Assembly (NCBI GenBank): GCA_977017575.1
Contig: CDRNVI010000052.1
Coordinates: forward strand, 62,001-126,000
Length of the DNA stretch: 64,000 nucleotides
Direction of reading: 5' to 3'
Origin: Paramoeba atlantica
Lineage: Eukaryota; Protista; Discosea
A program made the translations under genes and the position numbers. Below the pieces are notes generated by a model. It had not been told where the DNA came from. It saw nothing but the letters and a program-made list of their open reading frames with translations, and made no database searches. Numbering within the stretch: position 1 is the stretch's first letter; each line of letters begins with the position of its first letter. This document shows positions 41,261-52,312 of this stretch, piece by piece.

Positions 41261-42258
41261 CAGAGGTCCATAAAACTACAAAAACTATTTTATAGTACTA
41301 TTATAGTACTATAAACTTTGAAACACTATACATTGTATATTAAAACTATATTTTTTTACTATTTTTCGTAGTACGTTTTTTCTGAAAGTATTGCTTGAAA
41401 TGCCGACTCGACGCAATTTATTTTTATCACTCCCGTTTTCTTGAAAGATTTCTCACTATTTTTCTCATCATTATGCCCAACAAGCGTCGTGGTCAAATCG
41501 TTTTTTCACACTTCGTTGAAGTCGATGGGGAAGTCGACCTACTTTAATTTTAGATGTGTTCCAGCCCAGACGCCTTGTCTTCTTAGGTCGCCTTTCCTGC
41601 CGAAGTATAATGTGAGGGGCTGCGGGTACTTCGACCGAGACCGCACCGAGACCGCGCCGAGACCGCACCGAATCCCCACCCGCAGCCCCTCATGTGTAGA
41701 TGTGAAATAGCGGGTAAGTGATTCTTCAAATTGCTTCAAAAGATTATGAATTTTGTAGATATTGAATCTTGCAGGCTCTGCGATGTGTTTTTGTGTGTTA
41801 TCTTGCCATTGAATACGCCACGTCTAGGATCCAACGAGTGATCTAACGGGAACTCGTCGATGGACAACTGTAATGCGGTTTGCACGGTACAAGGAAAGAG
41901 CATTATGGGAAGAACTTGTGAGCTATAGGATTCCGTCTTTTTCCATTTCTGCACAAAAACTACAACTCTTTTCACTTCTTTCTACGCGTCAGCGTATCCA
42001 CACCACTTGCTCCACCTGACATCACGTGACCCCTCTAAGCCTCTACACCTCCATCGGCTCTCTCCTGCCCCGCAAAATTCCTCCAGGTCCATGGATCGAT
42101 CTGTCTACTGCTCGCCTTTCTGGACATGAAACACTGATAAACACCATATAGTTTTTATAGTACTATATAGTGTTAATAGTACTATAAACGAGGTTTATAG
42201 TACTATAAATTTTCTTAAAACACTATAAACTATCTATAAATAGCTTTAGGGACCTCTG
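41261..42258. mobile_element. Non-autonomous hAT-type element (998 bp) with perfect 8-bp TSD
   Basis: Termini cagaggtcc / ggacctctg; atttatag at 41253-41260 and 42259-42266; subterminal TATAGTACTATA-type palindromes at both ends. Confidence 0.9.
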
Positions 42259-42344
42259 ATTTATAGGTTACCTCTGAGATAGTGTATTTCTCACCACATA
42301 AGTGTAATACGTGAACGGTAATTTTCATATGATTTTCATTTTTT

Positions 42345-43115
42345 ATGCCACTGCAGTTTATTCAGCTTTTGAGGCGTTCTCGCTTCGCCATTTTGATTTC
42401 GTCGCCTGATTCTGGCCCACCGTGTAAGCGAAGACGTCGCTCCAGTAAAGTGCATAGTTCGTTACTTGCCGTAGAGCTTGAACTTTTGCTATTTATCCGT
42501 CATGTTGAGCGTCCTCGTGATTCATGGGTGTCTTCGAATACTGTTTGTTCCTGGGAAGGGGTAATTTGTTCTTCAACAAGTCCTCCAGTTGTACGGGGCC
42601 TTAAGTGGAATTACAAGGACATGGGAGGTAACCTTTCGTGGACCTACTTGCCTCAGACGGTCGAGAATCTGGAAATATCTTTCAATCGACTGAGAGGAGC
42701 GCTAGATTTTTCAAGTCTGGGCAAAAATATTACTACCTTGATGGCCCAAAATAATTATCTTACGGGTGTACTTCCAACGGATATATTTCCGGCCGTAGTA
42801 CAAAATATGAAATTATCCTTTAATTCGTTTGAGAAGGATCTTGATCTTCGAAGTCTACCTGCGACTTTGAAAAGCTTACATGTCGATTCAAACAATTTGC
42901 GAGGTCGACTTGATTTTACGTGTTTGCCAAGCGGCCTTACTGAATTGCTGCTAAGTTTTAACAATTTTACTCATGCCACGGGTCTCGAAAATATTTCACC
43001 TAATGTGTATGTAGACTTAACTTTTAACCTTATACAGAACTTGCCACCAGTATGGCAAACCAACATTCAGCTATATGGGCAGTCACAAGCACACATTGCG
43101 ACGGAAGAGATATAA
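42345..43115 (+). CDS. Leucine-rich repeat protein
   Basis: SWVSSNTVCSWEGVIC cap followed by LP..L..L....N...G repeats. Confidence 0.88.
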   Translation: MPLQFIQLLRRSRFAILISSPDSGPPCKRRRRSSKVHSSLLAVELELLLFIRHVERPRDSWVSSNTVCSWEGVICSSTSPPVVRGLKWNYKDMGGNLSWTYLPQTVENLEISFNRLRGALDFSSLGKNITTLMAQNNYLTGVLPTDIFPAVVQNMKLSFNSFEKDLDLRSLPATLKSLHVDSNNLRGRLDFTCLPSGLTELLLSFNNFTHATGLENISPNVYVDLTFNLIQNLPPVWQTNIQLYGQSQAHIATEEI

Positions 43116-43458
43116 ATTCATAACGCATAGAACGATTCATAGTGCGCAGAAATCCATGTGCTGTAAAACAAGTCCAATACTGTATAAACAATACAATCAC
43201 GTATTCTCGAAGTGGCGTGTAGGGGGGGGCAATTTCATCGGATCAACAAATTTATGCATTTTTTTGCTTACTCAAAAACATTTGACAAAAAACATTTTCA
43301 CTGCACGAATGCGTCCATACTATACGCGTTCAATACTGTACCAAATTCGTTCACACAACAAAAAAAATACTGACCACATCCACCCAACCCACCAAAGGAT
43401 CATCACATTACGTCGTAGGTGAAATATAGTTTCCCACCCAAGGATGAGAAACCTACAC

Positions 43459-44100
43459 TTCACATACCTGACTTATGTGACTTCCATAATTCTGCATAGC
43501 AAGTCCCAAGTCACCCGTTTCATTTAGAGGATTCGCCCAATTAGATACAAGCGCTACTTAGTCCAATTAGATACTACCTCCCCAATCATACTGATACCCC
43601 TCGTAGTAAGTAAGTAGTAAGTAGTATCTTCCCCGGGCACACGTCCCGATATCTTCCCGGGCACACGTCCCGATATCTTCCCCGGTCACACGTCCCGATA
43701 TCTTCCCCGGATACAAATCCCGATATCTTCCCCGGGCACAAGTCCCGATGTCTTCTCCAGGCACAAGTCCCGATGTCTTCCCCGGGCACACGTCCCGATA
43801 TCTTCCCCGGGCACAAGTCCCGATATCTTCTCCGGGCATAAGTCCCGATATTTTCTCCGGGCACAAGTCCCGATGTCTTCCCCGGGCACACGTCCCGATA
43901 TCTTCCCCGGGCACAACTCCCGGTATATTTATTTTCCCGGGGCAAAAATCCCCACAACGTCCCGGGGCATATGCCCCGATAATTTCTTCCACCCTCCTCC
44001 CCAGGACCCCGTGCATACGCTTTAGTACGCACGGGGTCCTTCCCCAGGCTTGGGACTTGCTATGCAGAATTATGGAAGTTACATAAGTCAGGTATGTGAA
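43459..44100. mobile_element. 642-bp element with 52-bp TIRs enclosing a 25-bp minisatellite
   Basis: 43459-43510 versus 44049-44100, 51/52 complementary; no TSD found. Confidence 0.8.
43631..43930. repeat. 25-bp tandem array (about 12 copies, ccccgggcaca(a/c)gtcccgat(a/g)tctt)
   Basis: Direct reading; two further degenerate units run to about 43980. Confidence 0.95.
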
Positions 44101-44424
44101 ATGGGGATTACGCATCCGGATCTCTGCATCTGCACATGACAACCGAGCTCTCTGCACCTGGGACCCCAGCTCTCTGCACTCGCACACCTCCGGCGAGGGC
44201 GAACCCTCACTTGATCCACCCGTCGTATGCGGGAACGGACTTTGTGAGCATAATCTGTGCACTATAAGTGCATGAACAAACGTTTCAAGGAAATATAATT
44301 TGCCGTAGATCATTCTCACTTGCCGAACAATTTATGGCTCTTGTATTTGTCGAGGAACAGATTTACCTTATTCTTATTTTTATTTTTATTCGGATCTACC
44401 TTATTTTGACAGCGCACTATTTTT

Positions 44425-47400
44425 ATGACTGATTCTGTGTCACGTGGAGTTCTTTTGGACTCGATTCACAAAACTATCCAACAGCAAGGCCACCAACCAA
44501 CACCGACTAACGTCTTCGCTTGCGTTATAACTCTTTTGAGATCAAATTGCTTCGACTCCGCAACGTTAAACGTTCTTGTTCCTGTATTTCGTGGTATCAT
44601 AAGGCATGTCTCTGATAACCTTCTAAGTTCACAATCCGCAGATTTATTTTTGCTTCTGGGACAACTCGTGCGAAAGGAGTCCCACATGAATGTGCGTAAC
44701 CTATGGAGCCTGCTTCACGACTTGGTGGATCGTTTAAGTGAATTTAGAGATGATTCAATGGTTCTACTAGAACCTGAAGTAAATGCTGCTGAAGGAATCA
44801 TCGTATCGTATATGCAACTACTCAATCATTTTTTTATTACTGTCAAAAACAGAAACATTGCTGAAAAAATCAAACTTACGCAACGTTCCTGGAACTATCT
44901 TTTTGAAACATTGCTTCATACTCATTCTCACACTGTAGTGTCAAAAGCTGTTGGTGTAATTGCAGTATACTTTGACAACATTTTGAGTTCTGCCACTATT
45001 GAAAATACTCCCTTCTTGCAGGAACTCGTTTCCGCTTTTTGTGACGCTCTTTCCCCAGACTACTCCAATCGTTGGAAGGAATTGCTTGAAGTCTTGGCCT
45101 CTTTGCTATGTAGCGTTTCTATCATAAAACAAGAACGAAATGTTTCCCAGTCATTAAAAGACGGTATTGAGCTTTGCTTGGCTAAAGCAGTTCAACTTCG
45201 TGATGTGAGTTCGCAATTGAGTACAGAAGCGGAAAACTTAATAAAGAGTTGTGCGTTATGCTTACCAGCCTTGGAAATCTTAAAGGTAATTAGGGTTGAT
45301 ATCGTCCCAATGAAAAGCACGGAATTACTCCCTGGTCCCGTACCTTCGAAATCTGAAGTCTTGCGGAGGAAATATGTACTAGATATCTTGAAGAAGAGTG
45401 TATCTTTCGATTCATTGTCATACTTCGCCAACGATTTAGTGCCTCTTGCCTCCGTTTACATGGAACTTGCAGATGAGCAGGCTTCACAGGGGTTGACAGC
45501 ACAGAGTCGACAGTGGCGGGCGATGCATGAGAAGATCTGGGAACTTGCGCCTTCTTTCTTCATTTCTCCTATTGAATTTACGGAAGAAAATGTTCGCTCG
45601 GTTGTCAAAAAACTCGTTTTATTTCTAGAAAATTCGGAAATGCGGCACATTGCATGTAGAGCATTCTGTCGCATGTCAGCTGATACATATAAAATTTCAA
45701 ATCATACCAGACCTATTATTCCTATATTGCACCGCCTTTCGCATTTTGTGCTTCCGAGGCTGTGCAACTTATACGAAGAATTCTCTCTTGATTATGTTGC
45801 TGAGGCAGTGCGTTCGGTGGCAACAGTGAGTCATGCGAATACAATATCGCAGATATGCGCGACTCTTCGGCCACACATTTTTCCTTTTAAGGAAACGCCT
45901 TGCTTGACAAAGGCTAGCGATGTTATTCGCACTGCTCTATGTATCGCACCAGTCACAAATGATGAAGTAAGAAGAACTTGGGCCGAACTTACTCTAAACA
46001 TTCTAGAGAGTCATTTGAAATGTTCAATGAGCGAGCATTGCAAGAATTTAAAACTAGAAAATTCCGTGCGCACAAGCGTGAATATTTGCTTAAGTCCGCT
46101 TCTGGAGAAACAGTATTATCGTCTCTTAGCTGAACTTCTTTCTGATAAAAAACTACCTCAGAGTTTCATACTGCGTGTTGTCGCTCACTTCAGCGAGACT
46201 GTTCCCCTACCTTTTCATGCTCCAACACGAAAGTATCGACTGCTGGGAGTCGATAGTTTATTGCAATATCTGTCTGATAATGACTGTCGGTCCGAATTAC
46301 CTGACTTCTGCGAAAGCGTCACACCGGAATTGGTTCTTTCCACACAAGAAATATGTACCAAGACACGTGAGCGCGCGCTTTCACTGATCGCAGCTATTTC
46401 AAAAATAGTCGGCCCACAGTCCTATCTTGAATGCTTACAGTTGGGATTTTCTCTTCCCTTATCTCCCGTACTATGTGGAACGCTAACAGCATGCGCCAAA
46501 ACATATTGGTCTCATCATCGGGAACTTCCACAACGCACACACGAGAGTATGTGGGTTATGGTACTCACATGTTTGGAGCTCCCAACAGGGGCAAGTCCAA
46601 CCATCCAAGACCTACCGTTAGCTACCCGAAATTCTGCATTCGCGTTTCTACGAATGCTTATCAAGCTGTCGTATCATCACGACCCCACCCATAGCTTACT
46701 TCAAGCACACTTACGTCGCGTAGTACAAGCGGTCTACCATTGGGTGGATCGAACAGACCCACTGATCAATCAGCGCTCTGCTAGCGTTACCACTCCCTCT
46801 GCTACGAGACAGATTGTACGTGTGCTTCTTGAAAAACTTTTAAAACGACTGGGGGCTGAGCCAGTATTGTCATGCCTGCCGCTAAGTGGCCAGCGCTTGG
46901 GAAGATACATTGCGAAACAGTTGGAGAGAAAACACCGAATACAAGCAAGAGGGTCAGCTTCCACTCTTTCGGGTGTGGATCGTGTGAGCATGAAAGCGCA
47001 GGAGGGCTACACGTTGCGAGACACAAACGAGGATGGAGATATCGCGTTAGACATGTCTATGGGAGATGGAGTTCTACGTCACATGAAAACAGGGGGTGGG
47101 AGGACTCGTGACAATGCTTTGAAGGGCGAACAGAGCATTCCACTTGGTAACAGTGATGACGAGGAGTTCAATGTACGTGTGAACGAACAGGGACAAATAG
47201 TAGTTAAAGAGATTACACGCAATCACAAGGATAGTTTTAGAACTCTGAAGCGTGAAAGAGATGCCGAAGAGGAGTTTCATCATGAAAGTGTGTCTGATTT
47301 GGATGCGGACAGCGGCAGACAACGAAAGCGTAGTAAACGATATCCCTCTACTGGTATCGCTAATGACGAGCTGAGTGGTGGAAATCACAATAAAGAATAT

Positions 47401-47685
47401 ATGAGTGAAACTGCGCGGGATAAGCCAAAGGCAATATTGTTAGCAGAATTTCGGCAAAGATACAATACGAAAAATACGAAGTCAATCCGTGACAGTACCA
47501 AGAGAATTCATTCTGGGAAAAATTATGCTTCCAAAAATGCCGGTGGAGATGTAAAGCGAAAGGGCCAACTCGATCCGTACGCCTACGTACCACTAGATCG
47601 TCGATTGCTTAACAAACGCTTGCAAGGAGCAAATAAGAAGCATTTTCTCGAAAATTCTCGCTTTCCTCAAAAATACAAAAAATGA
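44425..47685 (+). CDS. RRP12: Ribosome biogenesis protein RRP12-like
   Basis: Long HEAT-like body, WELAPSF region, C-terminal AGGDVKRKGQLDPYAYVPLD motif. Confidence 0.8.
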   Translation: MTDSVSRGVLLDSIHKTIQQQGHQPTPTNVFACVITLLRSNCFDSATLNVLVPVFRGIIRHVSDNLLSSQSADLFLLLGQLVRKESHMNVRNLWSLLHDLVDRLSEFRDDSMVLLEPEVNAAEGIIVSYMQLLNHFFITVKNRNIAEKIKLTQRSWNYLFETLLHTHSHTVVSKAVGVIAVYFDNILSSATIENTPFLQELVSAFCDALSPDYSNRWKELLEVLASLLCSVSIIKQERNVSQSLKDGIELCLAKAVQLRDVSSQLSTEAENLIKSCALCLPALEILKVIRVDIVPMKSTELLPGPVPSKSEVLRRKYVLDILKKSVSFDSLSYFANDLVPLASVYMELADEQASQGLTAQSRQWRAMHEKIWELAPSFFISPIEFTEENVRSVVKKLVLFLENSEMRHIACRAFCRMSADTYKISNHTRPIIPILHRLSHFVLPRLCNLYEEFSLDYVAEAVRSVATVSHANTISQICATLRPHIFPFKETPCLTKASDVIRTALCIAPVTNDEVRRTWAELTLNILESHLKCSMSEHCKNLKLENSVRTSVNICLSPLLEKQYYRLLAELLSDKKLPQSFILRVVAHFSETVPLPFHAPTRKYRLLGVDSLLQYLSDNDCRSELPDFCESVTPELVLSTQEICTKTRERALSLIAAISKIVGPQSYLECLQLGFSLPLSPVLCGTLTACAKTYWSHHRELPQRTHESMWVMVLTCLELPTGASPTIQDLPLATRNSAFAFLRMLIKLSYHHDPTHSLLQAHLRRVVQAVYHWVDRTDPLINQRSASVTTPSATRQIVRVLLEKLLKRLGAEPVLSCLPLSGQRLGRYIAKQLERKHRIQARGSASTLSGVDRVSMKAQEGYTLRDTNEDGDIALDMSMGDGVLRHMKTGGGRTRDNALKGEQSIPLGNSDDEEFNVRVNEQGQIVVKEITRNHKDSFRTLKRERDAEEEFHHESVSDLDADSGRQRKRSKRYPSTGIANDELSGGNHNKEYMSETARDKPKAILLAEFRQRYNTKNTKSIRDSTKRIHSGKNYASKNAGGDVKRKGQLDPYAYVPLDRRLLNKRLQGANKKHFLENSRFPQKYKK

Positions 47686-48027
47686 TTTAATTCATATCGA
47701 ATGAATACGTTATATTTGAAATGTCGTTTTTCCTACGGGAACAAGTTCAGCAAACACGTAAATATTGCCAGTTTTATCAAAACATGTGTGCCTAAATAAA
47801 CAATTTAATAGGTTGTCGACTATTCCATTGACTATCTATTTCGAATTTTTTCACTCATAATCTATTTTCCACTCATTTTTTTTGCTCATAATCTCGCAAC
47901 ATTACCTCTTCAAAAGTCGATCACTCTTTTCGAATTTCTGTTAACCTCTCTTTGTATGCAATTGTTTTCCCACATTTTTAGATACATTCTAGCCTATTTT
48001 CTTCATCTGCTTTTTATTTTCCGTTCT

Positions 48028-48348
48028 ATGCGAGCCTTTTCTCTGCTTTCTCTCCTTGTCGTCGCCATGCTTGGCTTTCAGTCTACTCGCGTCCAAGCGT
48101 TTGACAAATCCATTCGTCGTATCTTTGGGGGTTCCTCCACGGAGGAGACCAAGGAACCGGCTACCACAAAGCCCGAGCCCGAAACAAAGCCCGAGCCCCC
48201 GAAAGAGAAACCCGCGGCACCCACCGCGGAGCCCACAGAGGGTGACGGTGAGAAGTCGGCCGAGTCCTCCGCCCTCTCGATGCAATGGGGAACGGCCAGC
48301 GCGCTGGCTAGCGTAGTTTCGCTCTCTTTGGTCATGCTAGCGGCTTAG
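48028..48348 (+). CDS. Small GPI-type surface protein, copy 2 (near-identical to 39343-39663)
   Basis: Same 106-aa protein apart from T>A and I>M. Confidence 0.8.
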   Translation: MRAFSLLSLLVVAMLGFQSTRVQAFDKSIRRIFGGSSTEETKEPATTKPEPETKPEPPKEKPAAPTAEPTEGDGEKSAESSALSMQWGTASALASVVSLSLVMLAA

Positions 48349-48882
48349 ATAGGGTATGGATGCGAAATGGATTGGTCTGCTGTTCGAAATATTTTCTTCT
48401 TTTACGTCGTGGAATTCATAATTTATGGTACAATAATGGTAGGGCAAAATTTCTTACGAGGCAAGGTTAAATGTACATACTGCTACGTATATTCGGGTAC
48501 GATTAGGTCTGTAGTTGGAAATCATCTTGAGCGCTGCGAAAAATTGGGTCGTCCCAATTTTATATTTTTGTTGACAGTCGAAAACGCTAATTTACGTCGA
48601 CCATGTGTAATGTTTCTCTTCTTTATTTCGTACTGTTTTATTTCAGTCTAGAGCATTGTCTTTCATTCAAATATTTTTTAAAATATGTAAATCCGCCCAA
48701 TAGTACCTGAGATAAAGGACTTTCTACGTGATACACAGCAAAAATTGCCTAGTAAGCAGAAAGTTGTGTTTTTATGTATGTGTTTTTTTGTTCGCGCTTC
48801 TGTTTATTTCATTTTCTGAATCAGAAGATGCTAGCTATGTCTTTGGTATTAGAACACTAAATCTTTTTCTCATCTTCTTTTC

Positions 48883-49155
48883 ATGGAAGAACGTTTCTTA
48901 CGCGCTACAGAATACGTCCGCCAGATACCTCATGGAGTTGATGAACCAAATCAAGAAACTAAGCTTATCTTCTATGGATTGTACAAACAAGCTACTGAAG
49001 GTGATTGTCAGTCAGTTGAGCCATGGGTTATACAAGTAACGGCCCATGCAAAGTGGGAAGCCTGGATGTCTAAAAAAGGCATGAAATCGTCTGAAGCAAA
49101 ACAAGAATATGTGAATCTTCTCAAAACAATTGCACCTAAGTTTGAAATAAGATGA
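48883..49155 (+). CDS. ACBP: Acyl-CoA-binding protein
   Basis: KLIFYGLYKQATEGD...AKWEAW...GMKSSEAKQEYV. Confidence 0.95.
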   Translation: MEERFLRATEYVRQIPHGVDEPNQETKLIFYGLYKQATEGDCQSVEPWVIQVTAHAKWEAWMSKKGMKSSEAKQEYVNLLKTIAPKFEIR

Positions 49156-49485
49156 ATAGTGAATTCTTCCTCTCGATAAAGTTTCTCTTTTGTCCTCGTG
49201 TCGCAAATAGTGCCCTGCTATTGTATAAACGTTATAAACCGCTGGCCACTAATATTTTCGTCGAATAAAATATTTTTGCCAAGGGTTTTTATGAGCACCA
49301 TAACTAACCGGAGCCTTATCATTGCCTACTTCTACGCTTCTGACTATTCATGGCCCTTGATAGAACTGAAAATATGAATTCTTCTTGAAAAAACGCATAT
49401 TCATTGTGTTATCACTTTAGATAATACATTGCTGTAAGTTCAGTGTTGTATTTTGTTTTTGAGTTTTCTACAGTTTAACTTGTAA

Positions 49486-51843
49486 ATGGGCATAAAGCCT
49501 GGACAGATCAATCTCCCAGCCGGTCTTCTAGCGAGCGGTGTAACGTGTGAAAGGCATCCAACCTGGTATCCACTGGCAGAGAACACGGCTGCTCAGCTGT
49601 TTGTGGTTAATTCATTAACGGAAACAAAAGTCCCTTTTTCAACTCGAACAGGCCGAGTTGTGAAGTGGTATACTTGTGGACCAACAGTGTATGATAGTGC
49701 CCACATGGGTCATGCTCGGGCATACATTACGTTTGACATCCTTCGACGAATCATGGAAGATCACTTTGGATACCACGTCAATTATCAAATGAACATCACG
49801 GATATAGACGATAAAATTATTAAACGTGCAAGAACAAATTTTCTGCTTTCACAATACTTGGATAAGGTCAAAACTTGTGCAAAAGGAGACATTATCAAAG
49901 ATCTAAAGGATGCCCTAACGTTTAAAGAAACCGCTTTGCACAGTGCAAGAGATGCGCATCTTGCTTCACTTTCGAAGCTTGCTACTGCGCGCCAGAAGGA
50001 TGAACACGAGGAAAAAGGTAAAGAAATCGTTCTAAAAATTGATACTTTTTTATTAGTGAAAAAGGAACTGGAAGACTGTTTTGCTAAAACAGCGAATCAA
50101 GAATTGGAAAATGGTGTTTTGGAAAGAATTTTGCAAAAGTGCAAGGATGTACTTGGCGATTGGCTGGATCATCAATTAGGATCTACCGTAAATGAGCATT
50201 CTATATTCGAAGACCATGGACGAAAATACGAGAGGGAGTTTATGGAGGATCTTGCGTCCTTGCATGTGCGCATGCCTGATTACATTTCTCGTGTGACTGA
50301 ATACGTTCCTCAAATAGTTTCTTTTATCCAAAGGCTAATGAGAAAAGGTTTTGCTTACGTGGGTAATACCTCGGTCTTTTTCGATCTTGAGGCTTACGAG
50401 CAAGCAGGACACGCTTATCCAAAACTGAAGCCCGTATGCGGAACCTCTGATAGAAAAACTTCTAAATACGAAATGAATGAAAGTGAAGGAGTTATAACTG
50501 ATATAGTTGAAGGCGAAAAGAAAAATCCCAATGACTTTGCACTATGGAAATTTAGTAAACCTGGGGAACCCTATTGGGATAGTCCTTGGGGTCTTGGTCG
50601 TCCAGGCTGGCATATCGAATGTTCTGCTATGGCATCGGACCTTTTCGGTGAAAATTTTGATATTCACGCCGGAGGCTCGGATTTAAAATTTCCTCATCAT
50701 GATAATGAGATTGCTCAATCTGAAGCTTACTGGGGGCATCATCAATGGGTGAATTATTTTCTACATGCTGGACACTTGCACATCAAAGGATTAAAAATGG
50801 CGAAAAGTCTGAAGAATTTTGTTACTATCAAGCAAGCCTTACAGGAACATACCCCCGCAGAGTTACGTATGATGTTTCTTCTGCAGACTTGGAATCATCC
50901 TATGAATTTCAGTGATCAAACAGTCGCTGAGTCTCGCGAAAAGCTTAGAGTATTGAACAACTTTCTTCGTACAGTAGCTGCACTGCAAAGAGAGGATGTA
51001 TTAAGCCGTATTCAAATTCACGGGGCGGAAGAGCGAGAACTTTATCAAGTAATAACTGAAGCGTCTGAGGCAATACACAAAGCCCTTTGTAACAACTTTG
51101 ACACACCAGAAACTATATCCATTTTAATAGCACTTGTTGCGCGCATGCATACCTATCTGGAAACGAACAAAGACGAATTGGTAAATCCACTTTTGTTGCA
51201 AAAGGCTTCCCGCACCGTGAGCCGCACTCTTCGGCTGTTTGGTATTCCGCTGGGAGATGAGTTTTTGAATGCTCCGTCGAAAGGTTATAGTAATAAAGTC
51301 GTTGATACTTTAGTTGAGTTTCGTGATCGCATACGTACTGCATGCCTTGGCACAGAGTTGTCGGATAAGATTCTCGCCGAATGTGACCAACTCAGAGATA
51401 ATGTTTTGCCTCCACTGGGCATTCGTCTTGATGATAACCCTCATGGGAAAACACAGTGGAAGGAACAGGATCCAGCAGAGCTAGTATTTGAAATAGAACG
51501 TCGCAAAATTGCAGTTCGTGAAACTGCTCTTACAAAATTGCAAAATCGTATTCGAGGCAGAAAAGACGAATTACAAAAGTGGCAAAAAGTACTTCTTGAG
51601 GATCCTAAGGTCGTCATTAGCGATGAAAAATATGCAACATGGAATGCTGAAGGGATTCCGATATCTACGAAAGACGGTATAGAACTTAGCAAGTCAGCTA
51701 TTAAATCATTAAAGAAGGAGCACATGCGTCGAAAAATAGCTCACGAGGAACTGCATCAAAAAGGGGGTGAAGCATATATTGAAATTTTGAAAAATGATAT
51801 CGAAAAGCTCGAAGCAAATATTCGAAATCTTGTTCCTATATAG
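49486..51843 (+). CDS. CARS: Cysteinyl-tRNA synthetase
   Basis: WYTCGPTVYDSAHMGHAR, NITDIDDKII, DFALWK, GRPGWHIECSAM, DLKFPHHDNEIAQ, KMAKSLKNF. Confidence 0.97.
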   Translation: MGIKPGQINLPAGLLASGVTCERHPTWYPLAENTAAQLFVVNSLTETKVPFSTRTGRVVKWYTCGPTVYDSAHMGHARAYITFDILRRIMEDHFGYHVNYQMNITDIDDKIIKRARTNFLLSQYLDKVKTCAKGDIIKDLKDALTFKETALHSARDAHLASLSKLATARQKDEHEEKGKEIVLKIDTFLLVKKELEDCFAKTANQELENGVLERILQKCKDVLGDWLDHQLGSTVNEHSIFEDHGRKYEREFMEDLASLHVRMPDYISRVTEYVPQIVSFIQRLMRKGFAYVGNTSVFFDLEAYEQAGHAYPKLKPVCGTSDRKTSKYEMNESEGVITDIVEGEKKNPNDFALWKFSKPGEPYWDSPWGLGRPGWHIECSAMASDLFGENFDIHAGGSDLKFPHHDNEIAQSEAYWGHHQWVNYFLHAGHLHIKGLKMAKSLKNFVTIKQALQEHTPAELRMMFLLQTWNHPMNFSDQTVAESREKLRVLNNFLRTVAALQREDVLSRIQIHGAEERELYQVITEASEAIHKALCNNFDTPETISILIALVARMHTYLETNKDELVNPLLLQKASRTVSRTLRLFGIPLGDEFLNAPSKGYSNKVVDTLVEFRDRIRTACLGTELSDKILAECDQLRDNVLPPLGIRLDDNPHGKTQWKEQDPAELVFEIERRKIAVRETALTKLQNRIRGRKDELQKWQKVLLEDPKVVISDEKYATWNAEGIPISTKDGIELSKSAIKSLKKEHMRRKIAHEELHQKGGEAYIEILKNDIEKLEANIRNLVPI

Positions 51844-52312
51844 CTTTTGCATATGACCAATTACGTCATGGAGGAATGAGAAAGAGCTACTGAAACTTGT
51901 CTACTGAACTGAGAAAATATTTATCATTTCAATAGTTCGTTGACTCTCTTTTTTGTCGAATTGCTTTGCTGCATATTTACGCTTTTTTTGCTAAAATGTG
52001 GCCGTTGCCTTGTCTTGTTACACCCTTTCAATTTGTTATGCGCTTTAAATTATCGCTACTTTTGTTTTTATTAAGAATTAGAATTGTTCGGATTTAGCGT
52101 GTTCTTTTCGTTTACCTATCGGGTAAGAATATCTTGAAACTACTATAACTTTTCGAGTTTTTCTTGCGGTCGTGAAGGTGAAATTTCTATCTCACTTACT
52201 GAGTTTCCAAGTGACTGCGTGTTTGCGTTCTACGTCAAATACAAATTTAGGTTTTCGTTGAAAGTACATCGTACATACATTTTATGTTTAGAAGCGTACT
52301 TACTACTTTAGT

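Noticed and set aside
41440-41980. hAT transposase remnant inside the MITE
   Set aside because: Short interrupted minus-strand frames with no recognisable DDE or dimerisation motif.
43631-43930. CRISPR-like interpretation of the 25-bp, 19-bp and 43/52-bp arrays
   Set aside because: Units are head-to-tail with no unique spacers and no cas genes; the context is eukaryotic.
43567-44319. Minus-strand ORFs with CPGKISG..PGEDIGTCA repeats
   Set aside because: Products of a 25-bp (non-triplet) repeat read in rotating frames.
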